A stretch of DNA of 54,023 nt, the filler included, from Basidiobolus ranarum (lineage: Eukaryota), in assembly GCA_040143965.1 (NCBI GenBank). It is 2 parts of 2 records of this genome, joined end to end, with 100 filler letters (N's around TTAATTAATTAA, not from the genome) between each part and the next. Parts side by side here need not be neighbours in the genome. Positions count along the whole stretch, not along the records: positions 27,075 to 54,023 come from JASJQH010000127.1; 1 more part is not named here. One strand, written 5' to 3'. The first letter of the stretch is position 1. Every line of letters starts with the position of its first letter. The position numbers and the translations under genes are program-made. The notes beneath the pieces are model-generated. The model did not search any database. It was not told the origin of the DNA and saw only the letters and a list, made by a program, of their open reading frames with translations. Below, in pieces: positions 28,356 to 38,091 of the stretch.

Positions 28356-28796
28356 ATGGTTTCTTTAAAGTTCATTGTCGTGTTTATCCTGTCATGGGCT
28401 ACCTTGCTCTTTGCGGCTAATGATACAATCCCAGCTGGCAATACCACCGATACAAATACTACCATTGTCACGCCTGACCGTATGAAAACCATTCCTGAAT
28501 GCAATGTATGCATGTCCACACTGCTTGATAGTTGTTATCAGAAAATTGCCACTCTACCTACCGAAAACTCCCCCAGCATTGACTTTATGATCAAGTGTAT
28601 TTGTACTCCTGGGTATATGGAAAACTTCTTCAATTGTGGAATATGCTCAGCTAAAATGATGGGTAGCTCCAAAATTCCCACCGAAAAGGATAAAGCTGGA
28701 CTGAGTTTGCTATGTGCATTGACTGGAATCTCTCCCAACCAAACCAGTAGTTCTAGTGCCAGTTCTACTCCTACGGATGTATCTGCAACAGCTTAA
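28356..28796 (+). CDS. Small secreted 8-cysteine protein, CFEM-like spacing, S/T-rich tail
   Basis: 146-aa intronless ORF with hydrophobic signal peptide, PxCxxC-x7-C-x20-CxC-x10-CxxC-x22-C, and AATAAA just downstream. Confidence 0.75.
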   Translation: MVSLKFIVVFILSWATLLFAANDTIPAGNTTDTNTTIVTPDRMKTIPECNVCMSTLLDSCYQKIATLPTENSPSIDFMIKCICTPGYMENFFNCGICSAKMMGSSKIPTEKDKAGLSLLCALTGISPNQTSSSSASSTPTDVSATA

Positions 28797-29714
28797 TATA
28801 GCACTAGTGTTTTAATATCTGTTTAATAAAATTACCACAAGAAGTAGGAACATTGTTACATGTGTAAAATTGGAATACAACGTCTGTTTGTTCTAAAGCT
28901 AGTCAAGTTAACAAAAAAACCATTACGTGATCACCTGATTTGTGTTGTAACGAAGAGCATCCTTTCACAACACATGTTTTGACAGGTCGATCGGACGTGA
29001 CATGACGTACATCTATCATAATGAGAACCTGCTTGGTCATACCAATCACGTTAGGACATTGTTAACTTCAGAATGCGATCCCTGCAAATTCCGTGTTCTA
29101 CTCGGACTATCTGCAATAGTATTACCCTGTTGCTAATATTCTCAAGTAGTCAGCCGGAGAGTTTTATTCCGCGTTGAGGCAGCGACTGATTATCCATTGG
29201 ACCATATCTGAAATATGAAGAGTCAACACATGGATTTGCATGCCAAGACCTCATCTTACAACATTTGGCTGAGAAATTCGGGCCTCAAACCCATTTAAGC
29301 GATTTGGGTTGTAGATTATAGTAAATGAACTCCCGATTATATACAAATTCAAAGTAAACATTTATTTCCCAGTATAGTATCGACGGATGCGTAAAACCAT
29401 TGCTAAAAGTAGTAACTCAACTCGATGACAATATGTAATAATGATAAAATTGATTAGAATATATCAAGAATCTTGCTTCCAACTCGGTTATTTCATCAAT
29501 AAAGCCGGTAGTTAGTACTTAAAACGCTAGCTAGTATCGAACTACCAAATTGGTCCACAATGCTGTAAGACCTAGTTATCTGGGCCTGCTTCATAAAATA
29601 TTGCAGCTGACACTGATATTACCCAAGTGGCGGAGTTGTAGCACAAAGCTCATATATAAAGTGAATGCTCGCAGTGGTAAATTTTTAACATTCGATTCTA
29701 CAAGGCTTATTAGG

Positions 29715-30783
29715 ATGAAACTTGGTCTATTGCTTACTCTCGCTGTTGGTTTAGCTAATAATCTGGTTTTAGCAGCACCCATTGCTAACAAGGATATGAC
29801 TCAGTCCAATACACAAGTAATGGATCAGGAAACTGTTGATATGCTTATGCAGCATTCTGTATACACAGCCGCTTCGTATTGCCCAGAAACATCATTGAAA
29901 ACCTGGAAATGTGGACGACGCTGCCAAGGAAATGTGCGAGTGAAGTCATACTTAGTAAATGATCTCACTGATATGGCTGGTTACATTGGTGTTGATGATG
30001 ATAACAAGAATATCTATGTAGTTTTTAGAGGGTAAGTCAGTACAAAAGGACTATTAGACAAAACCCAAAGTTCTATTGCACTTACATGTCAATTATTAGT
30101 TCTTCAAATAGGGATAATTGGGCGGCAAACTTCGATTTCCTACCAACGGTATACAACTACAGTGATGAAGTTAAAAATTCCATGATTCATTCCGGGTTCA
30201 ATTCCGCCTATCTTAGTTTGCGATCAAATATTCGTGAGGATCTTGTTGAGATTTCCAATGAGCTCGGAGTTAACGCCAAAGATTATGACGTGGTAGTGCT
30301 TGGTCACTCTTTGGTAAATATTGAAGGAATTTAGCCGAGTAGGTGGAAGAAATTTGCTAACATAACTTATTTTAGGGTGGTGCTGTTGCTGTTCTAGCAG
30401 CCATGGATGTCAAGAAGCTCACTGCCGAATCCTCACAATCAGGAGTTAACCTGGACACTAACCGTGTTTATCTTCACACCTACGGTCAACCACGTATCGG
30501 GAATGAGGCTTTTGGTCGTTTAGTATTCTCAACACTAGCAGGAGGGGAGCTTGGAAATAAAGCCATTAGAGTAACTTATGAAGCAGACCCGGTGCCACAA
30601 CTTCTCCCGGTGAACTTTGGGTATACCCACGGGATTCATGAAGCTTGGATCCACAATAATCAAACCTTAACCTGCAATGACTTAGTCAATGGAACCATTA
30701 CAGAAGATCCTCATTGCAATGCTGGAGTAGGTTTACCTAACTTTGATGATCACCGTCAATATTATGTCCCTATGGAATGTTAA
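29715..30783 (+). CDS. Secreted class 3 triacylglycerol lipase (Rhizomucor-lipase-like fold)
   Basis: Signal peptide MKLGLLLTLAV; AASYC, VVFRG/S (intron 30032-30099), IHSGF, GHSL/GGA nucleophile elbow (intron 30314-30375), TYGQPRIGN, DPVPQL and DHRQY. Confidence 0.93.
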
Positions 30784-31463
30784 GCAATCCACTATCCTTT
30801 GTATAATAAATTGATAAATGTGACCTAACCCTTGTATATTCTGTTTACCGAGATTATATGATGAAAATGAAATTTTCTTTCTATCAATAAAATATTCACT
30901 TCGTCATAAGCGAATCAATGCAGTATGTATATAAAACATATGAAGTTAATTGATGAGGCTAATGGCATCAGCTGAATGGTGGCACAATTGAATTTACATT
31001 ATTACCTGTCTAGTGTGGCTGTATATATATAAGATAAGTTCAACGATGCCAATGTTATAGTTAAATGATACATTTGGCACTCTGTTGGCGTTATAACTGT
31101 TAACTTAGTTTTAGGGTAAACCCTTGAATCATAAATATCCCAATATTTCGTATTGTTTGAAATTATCTGATGCAGATGCATGTTGAAATACACAGGTTGC
31201 TGATCTATAATGTGACACTGTGGGTAGAGTGGCTAATCGGTGGAACCATCAGTCAATCTATCTGTAGGTTGTAATACCAGATCTGTAAAACACCCATCAG
31301 ATTTGTAATATCTTTGGCATGTGGAATTTTAGGAATCCTAAAGAGACAGCAATTTAGCCTATGAAAGAAACAATGTATACAAGTACTCTTATAATGCTTA
31401 GTCTATTTAATGACTACTGTCATTAAGTATGGGGACCGAACTATTAAGCCCTTTAGTATATTA

Positions 31464-31783
31464 TATTGAAATTAGTATTACCTAAACACCTATATAGTCA
31501 TATATAGCTTAGTATTTAGTTAACCTATATTGAACTAAGATATCACTCATTATTCGATATCGGAACTCACTTGGAAGTTTGAAGATATATAGATTTTTCA
31601 AAGAAGCCTCAAACTTTGCACATATGTTCCTGGGACCTTCATTAACACACTTTACATGTTTTTTGTTTATGTCTGGACAAAACTATAAATGTCAACTTTT
31701 TACTCAATAAATCAATAAGCAAAAACCTCCAATTCTTCTAGTTCTCCAAACCACTTCCAACAAACTCCCAAAACACTCTAACA
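31464..31783 (+). mobile_element. Solo-LTR-like repeat, diverged
   Basis: TATTGAAATTAG...CTCTAACA; colinear with the family. Confidence 0.85.
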
Positions 31784-32050
31784 ATTCATGACTGCTGCTA
31801 TTTGCTGTTTTATTAGTGAAAAGTGAAAAAAACATTTGTATGATCTGTGTCACTAATATTCTGATTTTGCCATACTGTAGTAGTTGGATTTTCCACAACA
31901 ATAATGAAATCTTAGCCAGCGGCTACCTCATAATTCAAAGTGCATATGGAAGAGTTTACAAAATATCCACAATTCAAGCTACTATCTTGTAGAATAAACG
32001 GTGATATAGGATATAAAAGTAACTTCACGTTGATTGGTGGATGTGTGATA

Positions 32051-32370
32051 CGTTGAAGTATTTTGGGAGCCTGTTGGAAGTGGTCTGGAGAACTCAGGAA
32101 ATTGGTGGTTTTTCACTTGTTGATTTATTGAGTATTCAGTTGACATTTATAATTTTGTCAAGATGTAAACAAACTAACGTGTAGAATGTGTTAAGGAAGG
32201 TCTCAGGAATGTGTGCAAAGTTTGGGGCTTCTTTGAAAAATTTATATATCTGAGAACTTCTAAGTAAATTTCAATTGCGAATAGTGGGTTATATCTTAGT
32301 TCAATATGGAATAACTAAATATAAAGCTATGTATGACTATATAGGTGTTTAGGCTATGCTCATTTCAACA
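32051..32370 (-). mobile_element. Solo-LTR-like repeat, inverted partner of 31464-31783
   Basis: CGTTGAAGTATTTTGGGAG...ATTTCAACA. Confidence 0.85.
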
Positions 32371-32932
32371 TGAATTACTAATAAGTGCTAGTAGATAAGG
32401 AGAGAAATATTGCTGAGTAACAATCATCCAAGTATTCAGAGTAGCAGATGTTCATGTGCCCAACCTACGCACAATGTACAAACAAGTACGGTAACAGTTC
32501 CTCACAATTGTGGATATCATTATATTGTATATGTTCAAGATGCATTCCTCTTTCTTTTCAATACATTCTAATGATATTGCCTATCTCTGATCCATACTGG
32601 AAGGTTTTTTGTTTTCCAATCAATGTGAACTTGCCCCAGATTGCTTCCTACAAGATATAGCTCCCAATGTGATAAAACTATATATAAATTGCTGTCAATC
32701 ATGGCATCTATGCTATTGAAATACCCCATCTGGTTATTTGAAAGCTGAATATATCTCAAGAATACATATGTGACGACGAAATTTATGTACACATTTTTAT
32801 TGTTTGAATGATACTCATATAGCGAATTATCACAAGTCTAATATAGATAACATAATAATTGGAGGATTAAAGTCAGTATAAAAGAACTAGATTACAACTG
32901 TAATATTGTGTATCGGTGATCGAGTTGCTGTA

Positions 32933-34114
32933 TTATGTACTTGAGTTAGCTTGACTGCGAATATACTCCTTGTATTGCTCATTCTTGTAGTCGTCGAGTT
33001 GGTCCAAAAATAATTGCGTTTTCTTCACTAATGCTCGTCTAGCATCTCTGATAATATCTGTGCCTAAACTATCGACACTGTCAATGCGGATCAGCATTTT
33101 CAGCAATGCATCTTCATAGCCCAAGTAGTTTTGATTTTCCTTGACAGCAGGGACTTTGATTGAATCTCCTGAGCTGGAGGTGAACTTCAATGGGTGGCTA
33201 AGGACTTTCGATCCTTGTTGTTCTTTGATTTGATCAATTTCTTTCTCATAATCACGTAATTGCTGAAGACCAATCAGGATCTTTCGGGCTTGACGGATTT
33301 CAATTTGTGATATCACAAACTCTGCTATTTTCTTGGCTGCCCTTTCCCGGCGTTGTTGGACATACAGACGCCATTGACGCTGAATCACCTTGGCGGCTCT
33401 CTTCAGTCTGAATAACTGAATAGCATGGTTTCGTTTTTGTTCCTCTAGCTGAGCTTTATGCTTCTCAGCCATTAATTGCTGCTGTCTCTGTCGCTTTAGA
33501 GCAATATTATCTTCATGAGGGTGATTGAATTGATGAAATTCAGGAACTTGCTGTTGCCTAGCGTTTGATTCTCGAGTATTGTATTGATGTTGGTAGAGTT
33601 GATTACGATTACGATAGTCTACGAAGGGATCGTATATTCTTTGGCCTTGCTCCGGTCTTTGGCGATAAGCAGTTTGAGGTTTGGGAAGCACAGGGTGTAG
33701 AGTGTTGAATGGTGAGTCGGCTTGTACACTGCTTATGGACGGTTCATAATTGTGAGGATTTCTCACGGAACTGGTATAATGTGGACTTGGCTGTCGACTA
33801 CGATAATCTTCATACCTCGGGAATGAATGGGGACCTGAGAATTCTGGTTCAAATGGTTGTTGACGACCAGAGGATACAGTGCGATACTCATACTCGTCTG
33901 GGCTTCGTGATCGGTAATATTGAGGGTATGAAACGCGCTGTATGTATTGCTCAGGATAGAGCACCCTACGCTGAGGGATATAATATTCATCAGGTTCTGT
34001 TTGATCATAGTATGATGGAGCATAGTAAACTGGCTCAGGCATCCTACGCCGTTGCGTTGGGATGTGGTACAATGTCTGGTAGGGAGAAGTGAAATCGTAT
34101 AATGGTGAATACAT
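32933..34114 (-). CDS. BAG-domain Hsp70 co-chaperone with IQ motif and Y/P/Q-rich N-terminus
   Basis: 393-aa intronless ORF. IQ-like AAKVIQRQWRLY; BAG helices YEDALLKMLIRIDSVDSLGTDIIRDARRALVKKTQLFLDQLD. Confidence 0.85.
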   Translation of the reverse strand: MYSPLYDFTSPYQTLYHIPTQRRRMPEPVYYAPSYYDQTEPDEYYIPQRRVLYPEQYIQRVSYPQYYRSRSPDEYEYRTVSSGRQQPFEPEFSGPHSFPRYEDYRSRQPSPHYTSSVRNPHNYEPSISSVQADSPFNTLHPVLPKPQTAYRQRPEQGQRIYDPFVDYRNRNQLYQHQYNTRESNARQQQVPEFHQFNHPHEDNIALKRQRQQQLMAEKHKAQLEEQKRNHAIQLFRLKRAAKVIQRQWRLYVQQRRERAAKKIAEFVISQIEIRQARKILIGLQQLRDYEKEIDQIKEQQGSKVLSHPLKFTSSSGDSIKVPAVKENQNYLGYEDALLKMLIRIDSVDSLGTDIIRDARRALVKKTQLFLDQLDDYKNEQYKEYIRSQANSST

Positions 34115-34279
34115 AGTGTTTATGTCAATCTATATGCAGATTGAGTATGGAATAGTTAAAGTGGAAGGTAAATATAATCGAGTGATGAGGCAACAGCTCT
34201 TGTATTTAAATAAAATGGCTCCATTCGACAGATTGAAATCACTGTTATCCCTTCTTTCGAAGGATCTGTAATATAAGCC

Positions 34280-34302
34280 TTCTAGTGACTTCTAATGCAT
34301 TC
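34280..34302. promoter_or_regulatory. Putative step-type heat shock element upstream of the BAG gene
   Basis: TTC-N7-TTC-N7-TTC at 34280, 34290 and 34300, about 170 bp upstream of the ATG and upstream of a TATA-like TATTTAAATA at ~34203. Confidence 0.5.
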
Positions 34303-35250
34303 TGTAACTTTTCTGAGCTATCTTATAAATTCGGGAATGAGGTAAGCAGATATGTGTATTGCCATGACCAATCAACTATATACCGCCTAAATTTTTGGTA
34401 ATCAATTAGTGCTTGATCACGGAGCCATTCATGATTGGCTATGAGGGAGTCATTGATCCTATAGAACCGATTCTCACGATTTGCTCGTGCCTTTGGTCTA
34501 GAGCATGATTGCCAGATTGATCGAACATGAAATTTGTTCCATATATATATATGGAATGATAAGTAAATATGGCATTGGTAATGGAAAACCCAGAATTATC
34601 GTAATTATCTTATGCCAAGAGATATGTGTAATTGATTGTTCTACACACTAGTGAATGTATTGTCGTAAAGCAGAGTACCAAATGGCACTTAAGAATATTT
34701 TAAGAGTTCCACATTTGATCCAAGCTCATTGGGTTACTGAATATATATCAATTGCTGTGATTTTAAACTTTTTTGAATATTCTCTAATCTAGAAGAGTAA
34801 AACGCCTTAATTTTCGGCCATTAAAGAAGTGAAAAATCCCAGAAGGATCAATGACATGCGAAACATCCGCTCACTTTGTATATGGAGATATTACTCAGCC
34901 GTTGGTCCTAGCTAGCTGACTAAGTGTTCTCGCTGATTCACAAATTCTAACTGTTGTGGTTCTCAATGCTATGACCTCATATATACATTTCTATGTACAT
35001 GATTTAATTATCGTTTTCCTGAAGTAGTAAAAAGCATCTGATGTCCGATGATTCTCACTGTGCTGCAGGTGTTAATCATCTTGCATCGATGTGGACTGCT
35101 AGTGCATATGGCAAGTGGGAGATTTATTCAATCGAAGATTACCAATCTAGTATTATTTACGAAACATGGTCTATCAATCACTTAGGAATCTACAAGTATA
35201 TGGATTTAAGAATGTATGGATAATCAGTATGCTATTTTGAACCAACTCGT

Positions 35251-35685
35251 TCATTGCAGTATGTACTTGGTAGTGATGAGGAAGAGACTCGAGAATATGG
35301 CGTTGGGTGCGTAAAAGGCACTGGAATTCATGTACTTGTCTTCGGGTTTTGCATTACTACTGTTCAAAGCATTTAGATCGGTTTTAATTGGCTGTTCAAC
35401 TGGATGGGATGCAGTTGGAGTGACCGAAGTGCTTGGCTGAGTATTCATTTGAGCAGTAGTGACTGTGGAAGATATGGGTTGACCGTTTATCCAATGGACG
35501 TTGGATGGTGGAGCATTACAAAATCCTTCCCCAACACCACAAAATCCCCAAAAGGAGCAACAAGACCCAGCTGGGCATTCTATTCCATTGCCACATGTCC
35601 CATCAACGCTAAGCACACCTTCGACTGTGTACACGAAATAGGTGGCGGAGGCAAGGACGGCAACTGTAGCGATGGTGAATTTCAT
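35251..35685 (-). CDS. Secreted hevein-like CBM18 chitin-binding protein, probably GPI-anchored
   Basis: Signal peptide; DGTCG-x4-CPAGSCCSFWGFCGVGEGFC; S/T/P linker; hydrophobic C-terminus. Confidence 0.85.
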   Translation of the reverse strand: MKFTIATVAVLASATYFVYTVEGVLSVDGTCGNGIECPAGSCCSFWGFCGVGEGFCNAPPSNVHWINGQPISSTVTTAQMNTQPSTSVTPTASHPVEQPIKTDLNALNSSNAKPEDKYMNSSAFYAPNAIFSSLFLITTKYILQ

Positions 35686-36978
35686 ATTAAAGTTAGTAGT
35701 TAAAAGGTTTAGACAGTGGATTAGAGTTAGTTAGGTTAGTATTATTGTGTTCCAAGTGTAGCCACGCTCATCTCCATATTTATAAGTGACATAAATCCCT
35801 GAGCTTAAGGTAATAATCTCCGCAGCGCCAATAATAGAAATACGGTCGATCGATGTGATATGTTAATGTTCAAAAATATCCTATGCAACTTCATCTTTGA
35901 ATTATATTTAAATCAATTATGAATGGATAAAATGTAGAAAATGTATCCACTTTGGCAAACTTGCAGGTGAAGGTGCTATGTGATGATTCAATTATTCACA
36001 TAAAATAGAAGATAAAAGGCAGACAATGTATTCTTGATATATGTAAAAGTGGTATGATATCACTTGTTCAAGTATAGTATATTACATTGTTGAAAGCGGT
36101 TACTACTTAGACCTTGTTAGGGATTTTTAGGTTAAATTATAATAGGAATTCCCACAAAATCGCTTTTATAATTAAATTCGTTGATGAGCACTAATCAACT
36201 ATATCATTACTAGTGTCTACATTGGAAGTGCAATCAAAATAATAAGCTGATATGTAACAAATAGAACCACCTGTGTTTCTGTGAACAATGTGTGGATTAT
36301 ATGTGTTCGTTACCAGCATTGTGAGTGTGAAATCATTAGTACGAAAATACTCCGATTTGAAGAAGTGGATGTAACCATGAAGTATTGATAGTCAACCACG
36401 AGAATCAAAACCATGTATGTAGTAAATGAACCCAACTCTTCATAAGCCATTGACGCATGATTAAAACCAAAGATACTTTCATATCGTTATCGAAGGTCAC
36501 TGTAGTAATTTATGTATGATGCGATGTACTAGATTGATTGTTAAAATTACCAATTGAGTCAAAGATCTTTACACCAGTTGTGAACAACATCAACGAGTTA
36601 GAAGAATCAATAAATCAAGAAGTAGACACATTGAAAGCATAAATTTTCTGTAGTAAAACTGATTTATATCGTTATAATAAAAAACATTGGGATGTGTAAA
36701 TGTTCATAGGTGTTGCTTCATTGAGGCCCATATATAATGTAGGAGATGTGTTGAGTGAATAAAGTACAGAAATCGATGAATTCCAATTTATCTAGTAAAA
36801 AAGGGATTATTGAATAGGCGTACAAAAGGTGGTTTGATGAATATCAAAGCATTAGTAGCTTTATAAAAAGAAAATGAATGAGATAACATAGATAGTTCAT
36901 AATTTAGAGTGTGTAAATACTTGGGAAAGGAATGTGACTTGTGATTCTACGAAGGTGGCCAAGGTTAAGGTATCTAAC

Positions 36979-38091
36979 TTAAGCAAACAATGCTAGGATT
37001 CCTGAAGCGAACGCACTGAGGAATAAAGTGGGCAAAACAGTTGATCCTGCAGATTTACCCTGCTCATTAGTCGGTTTAGCGCTGGAAGAGGTGTTGGAGT
37101 CAGATGTAGTGGTGCTGTTACCCTCTGATACAACAGGTAATGCAGGGTATTTGGGGACACAGTTAGGATCAATGGAAGGAACCTTATGGCCAGCATGTTC
37201 ACCTTCATCCTTATACCATTGCTTATCACCAAGGCATTCAGGAACAGTGACGATCTTGAAACAGGCATCCTCGACCATCTTAATAACATCAGGGGCGGCA
37301 ATAATGGAAGCGTCATGAATATCATGATGCAACGCCAGAATTTGATGCTTCTTGGGATCCATACCATTCAGACTCTTGGCATACAAATCCTTGACCTTTT
37401 GAGCATCTCTATGACGCCAGTCATTAGAGTCCATATTCCAGTGAATCACTTGATATCCCAGCTCAGCCATTAATTTAAGTTGGGCAGGGCTACGGGCGCC
37501 GGCAGGAGGACGGAAGTAACGAGTACGCTTTCCGATAATTTTATAAATAGCATCTTCAGTTTTGGTCATTTCTTCACGAACGCTGCTTTCAGGGACTATT
37601 ATGAGGTCTGTTGCGATGTGATTGTATGTATGGGAGGCAATATGATGACCTTCGTCATAGGCTCTCTTCAAGATAGGCCCATTGCTGGGATTTTCCAAGG
37701 TGTTTCCAATGATGAAGAAAGTGACATGAAGTCCTTTAGCTTTAAGAATATCCAGTAGCTGAGAGGTCAATGCATGAGGTCCATCATCAAAGGTTATGGC
37801 AACAGTACCAGGGATTTCGCATTGGTGAATATAGGTTCCAACTTGAGGAGCAACAGATAAGTTGTTTGCTTCAGCATGGCCATCACATTGGAAAAGACAG
37901 TCGGTTTTGCAGAATTGCTCTGTTATGCCGCAGAATCCATGCTTTGAGCAACAAGAACCTACTTGGCACTGAACCAAAGGGCTTCCAGAGCTGCATCCAT
38001 TTTGTGAAGGGTCAGCTGCGCCGATAACACCACTAATAACAGATAAAGCCGCAATGGCCGAAAGGGCAATAATTGAGGGCTTTGGGAGCAT
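36979..38091 (-). CDS. Chitin deacetylase (CBM18 + CE4/NodB), probably GPI-anchored
   Basis: Signal peptide; CCSKHGFCG CBM18; CE4 motifs TFDDGP, HTYNH, RPPAG, DSNDW and LHHD; S/T stretch and hydrophobic tail. Confidence 0.93.
   Translation of the reverse strand: MLPKPSIIALSAIAALSVISGVIGAADPSQNGCSSGSPLVQCQVGSCCSKHGFCGITEQFCKTDCLFQCDGHAEANNLSVAPQVGTYIHQCEIPGTVAITFDDGPHALTSQLLDILKAKGLHVTFFIIGNTLENPSNGPILKRAYDEGHHIASHTYNHIATDLIIVPESSVREEMTKTEDAIYKIIGKRTRYFRPPAGARSPAQLKLMAELGYQVIHWNMDSNDWRHRDAQKVKDLYAKSLNGMDPKKHQILALHHDIHDASIIAAPDVIKMVEDACFKIVTVPECLGDKQWYKDEGEHAGHKVPSIDPNCVPKYPALPVVSEGNSTTTSDSNTSSSAKPTNEQGKSAGSTVLPTLFLSAFASGILALFA

Noticed and set aside
26860..31788. Two same-orientation repeat copies with outer flanks both ATTCA, suggesting an LTR element carrying the lipase and Cys-rich genes
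   Set aside because: The ATTCA at 31784 is better explained as the crossed TSD of the 32051-32370 copy. There is no PPT before 31464, the lipase keeps sense-strand introns, and an assembly gap intervenes.
31704..31901. Short ORF overlapping the repeat
   Set aside because: Chance frame through non-coding repeat sequence; no transposase or gag motifs.
34537..34556. Palindrome TTCCATATATATATATGGAA
   Set aside because: Mostly a self-complementary (AT)n microsatellite.
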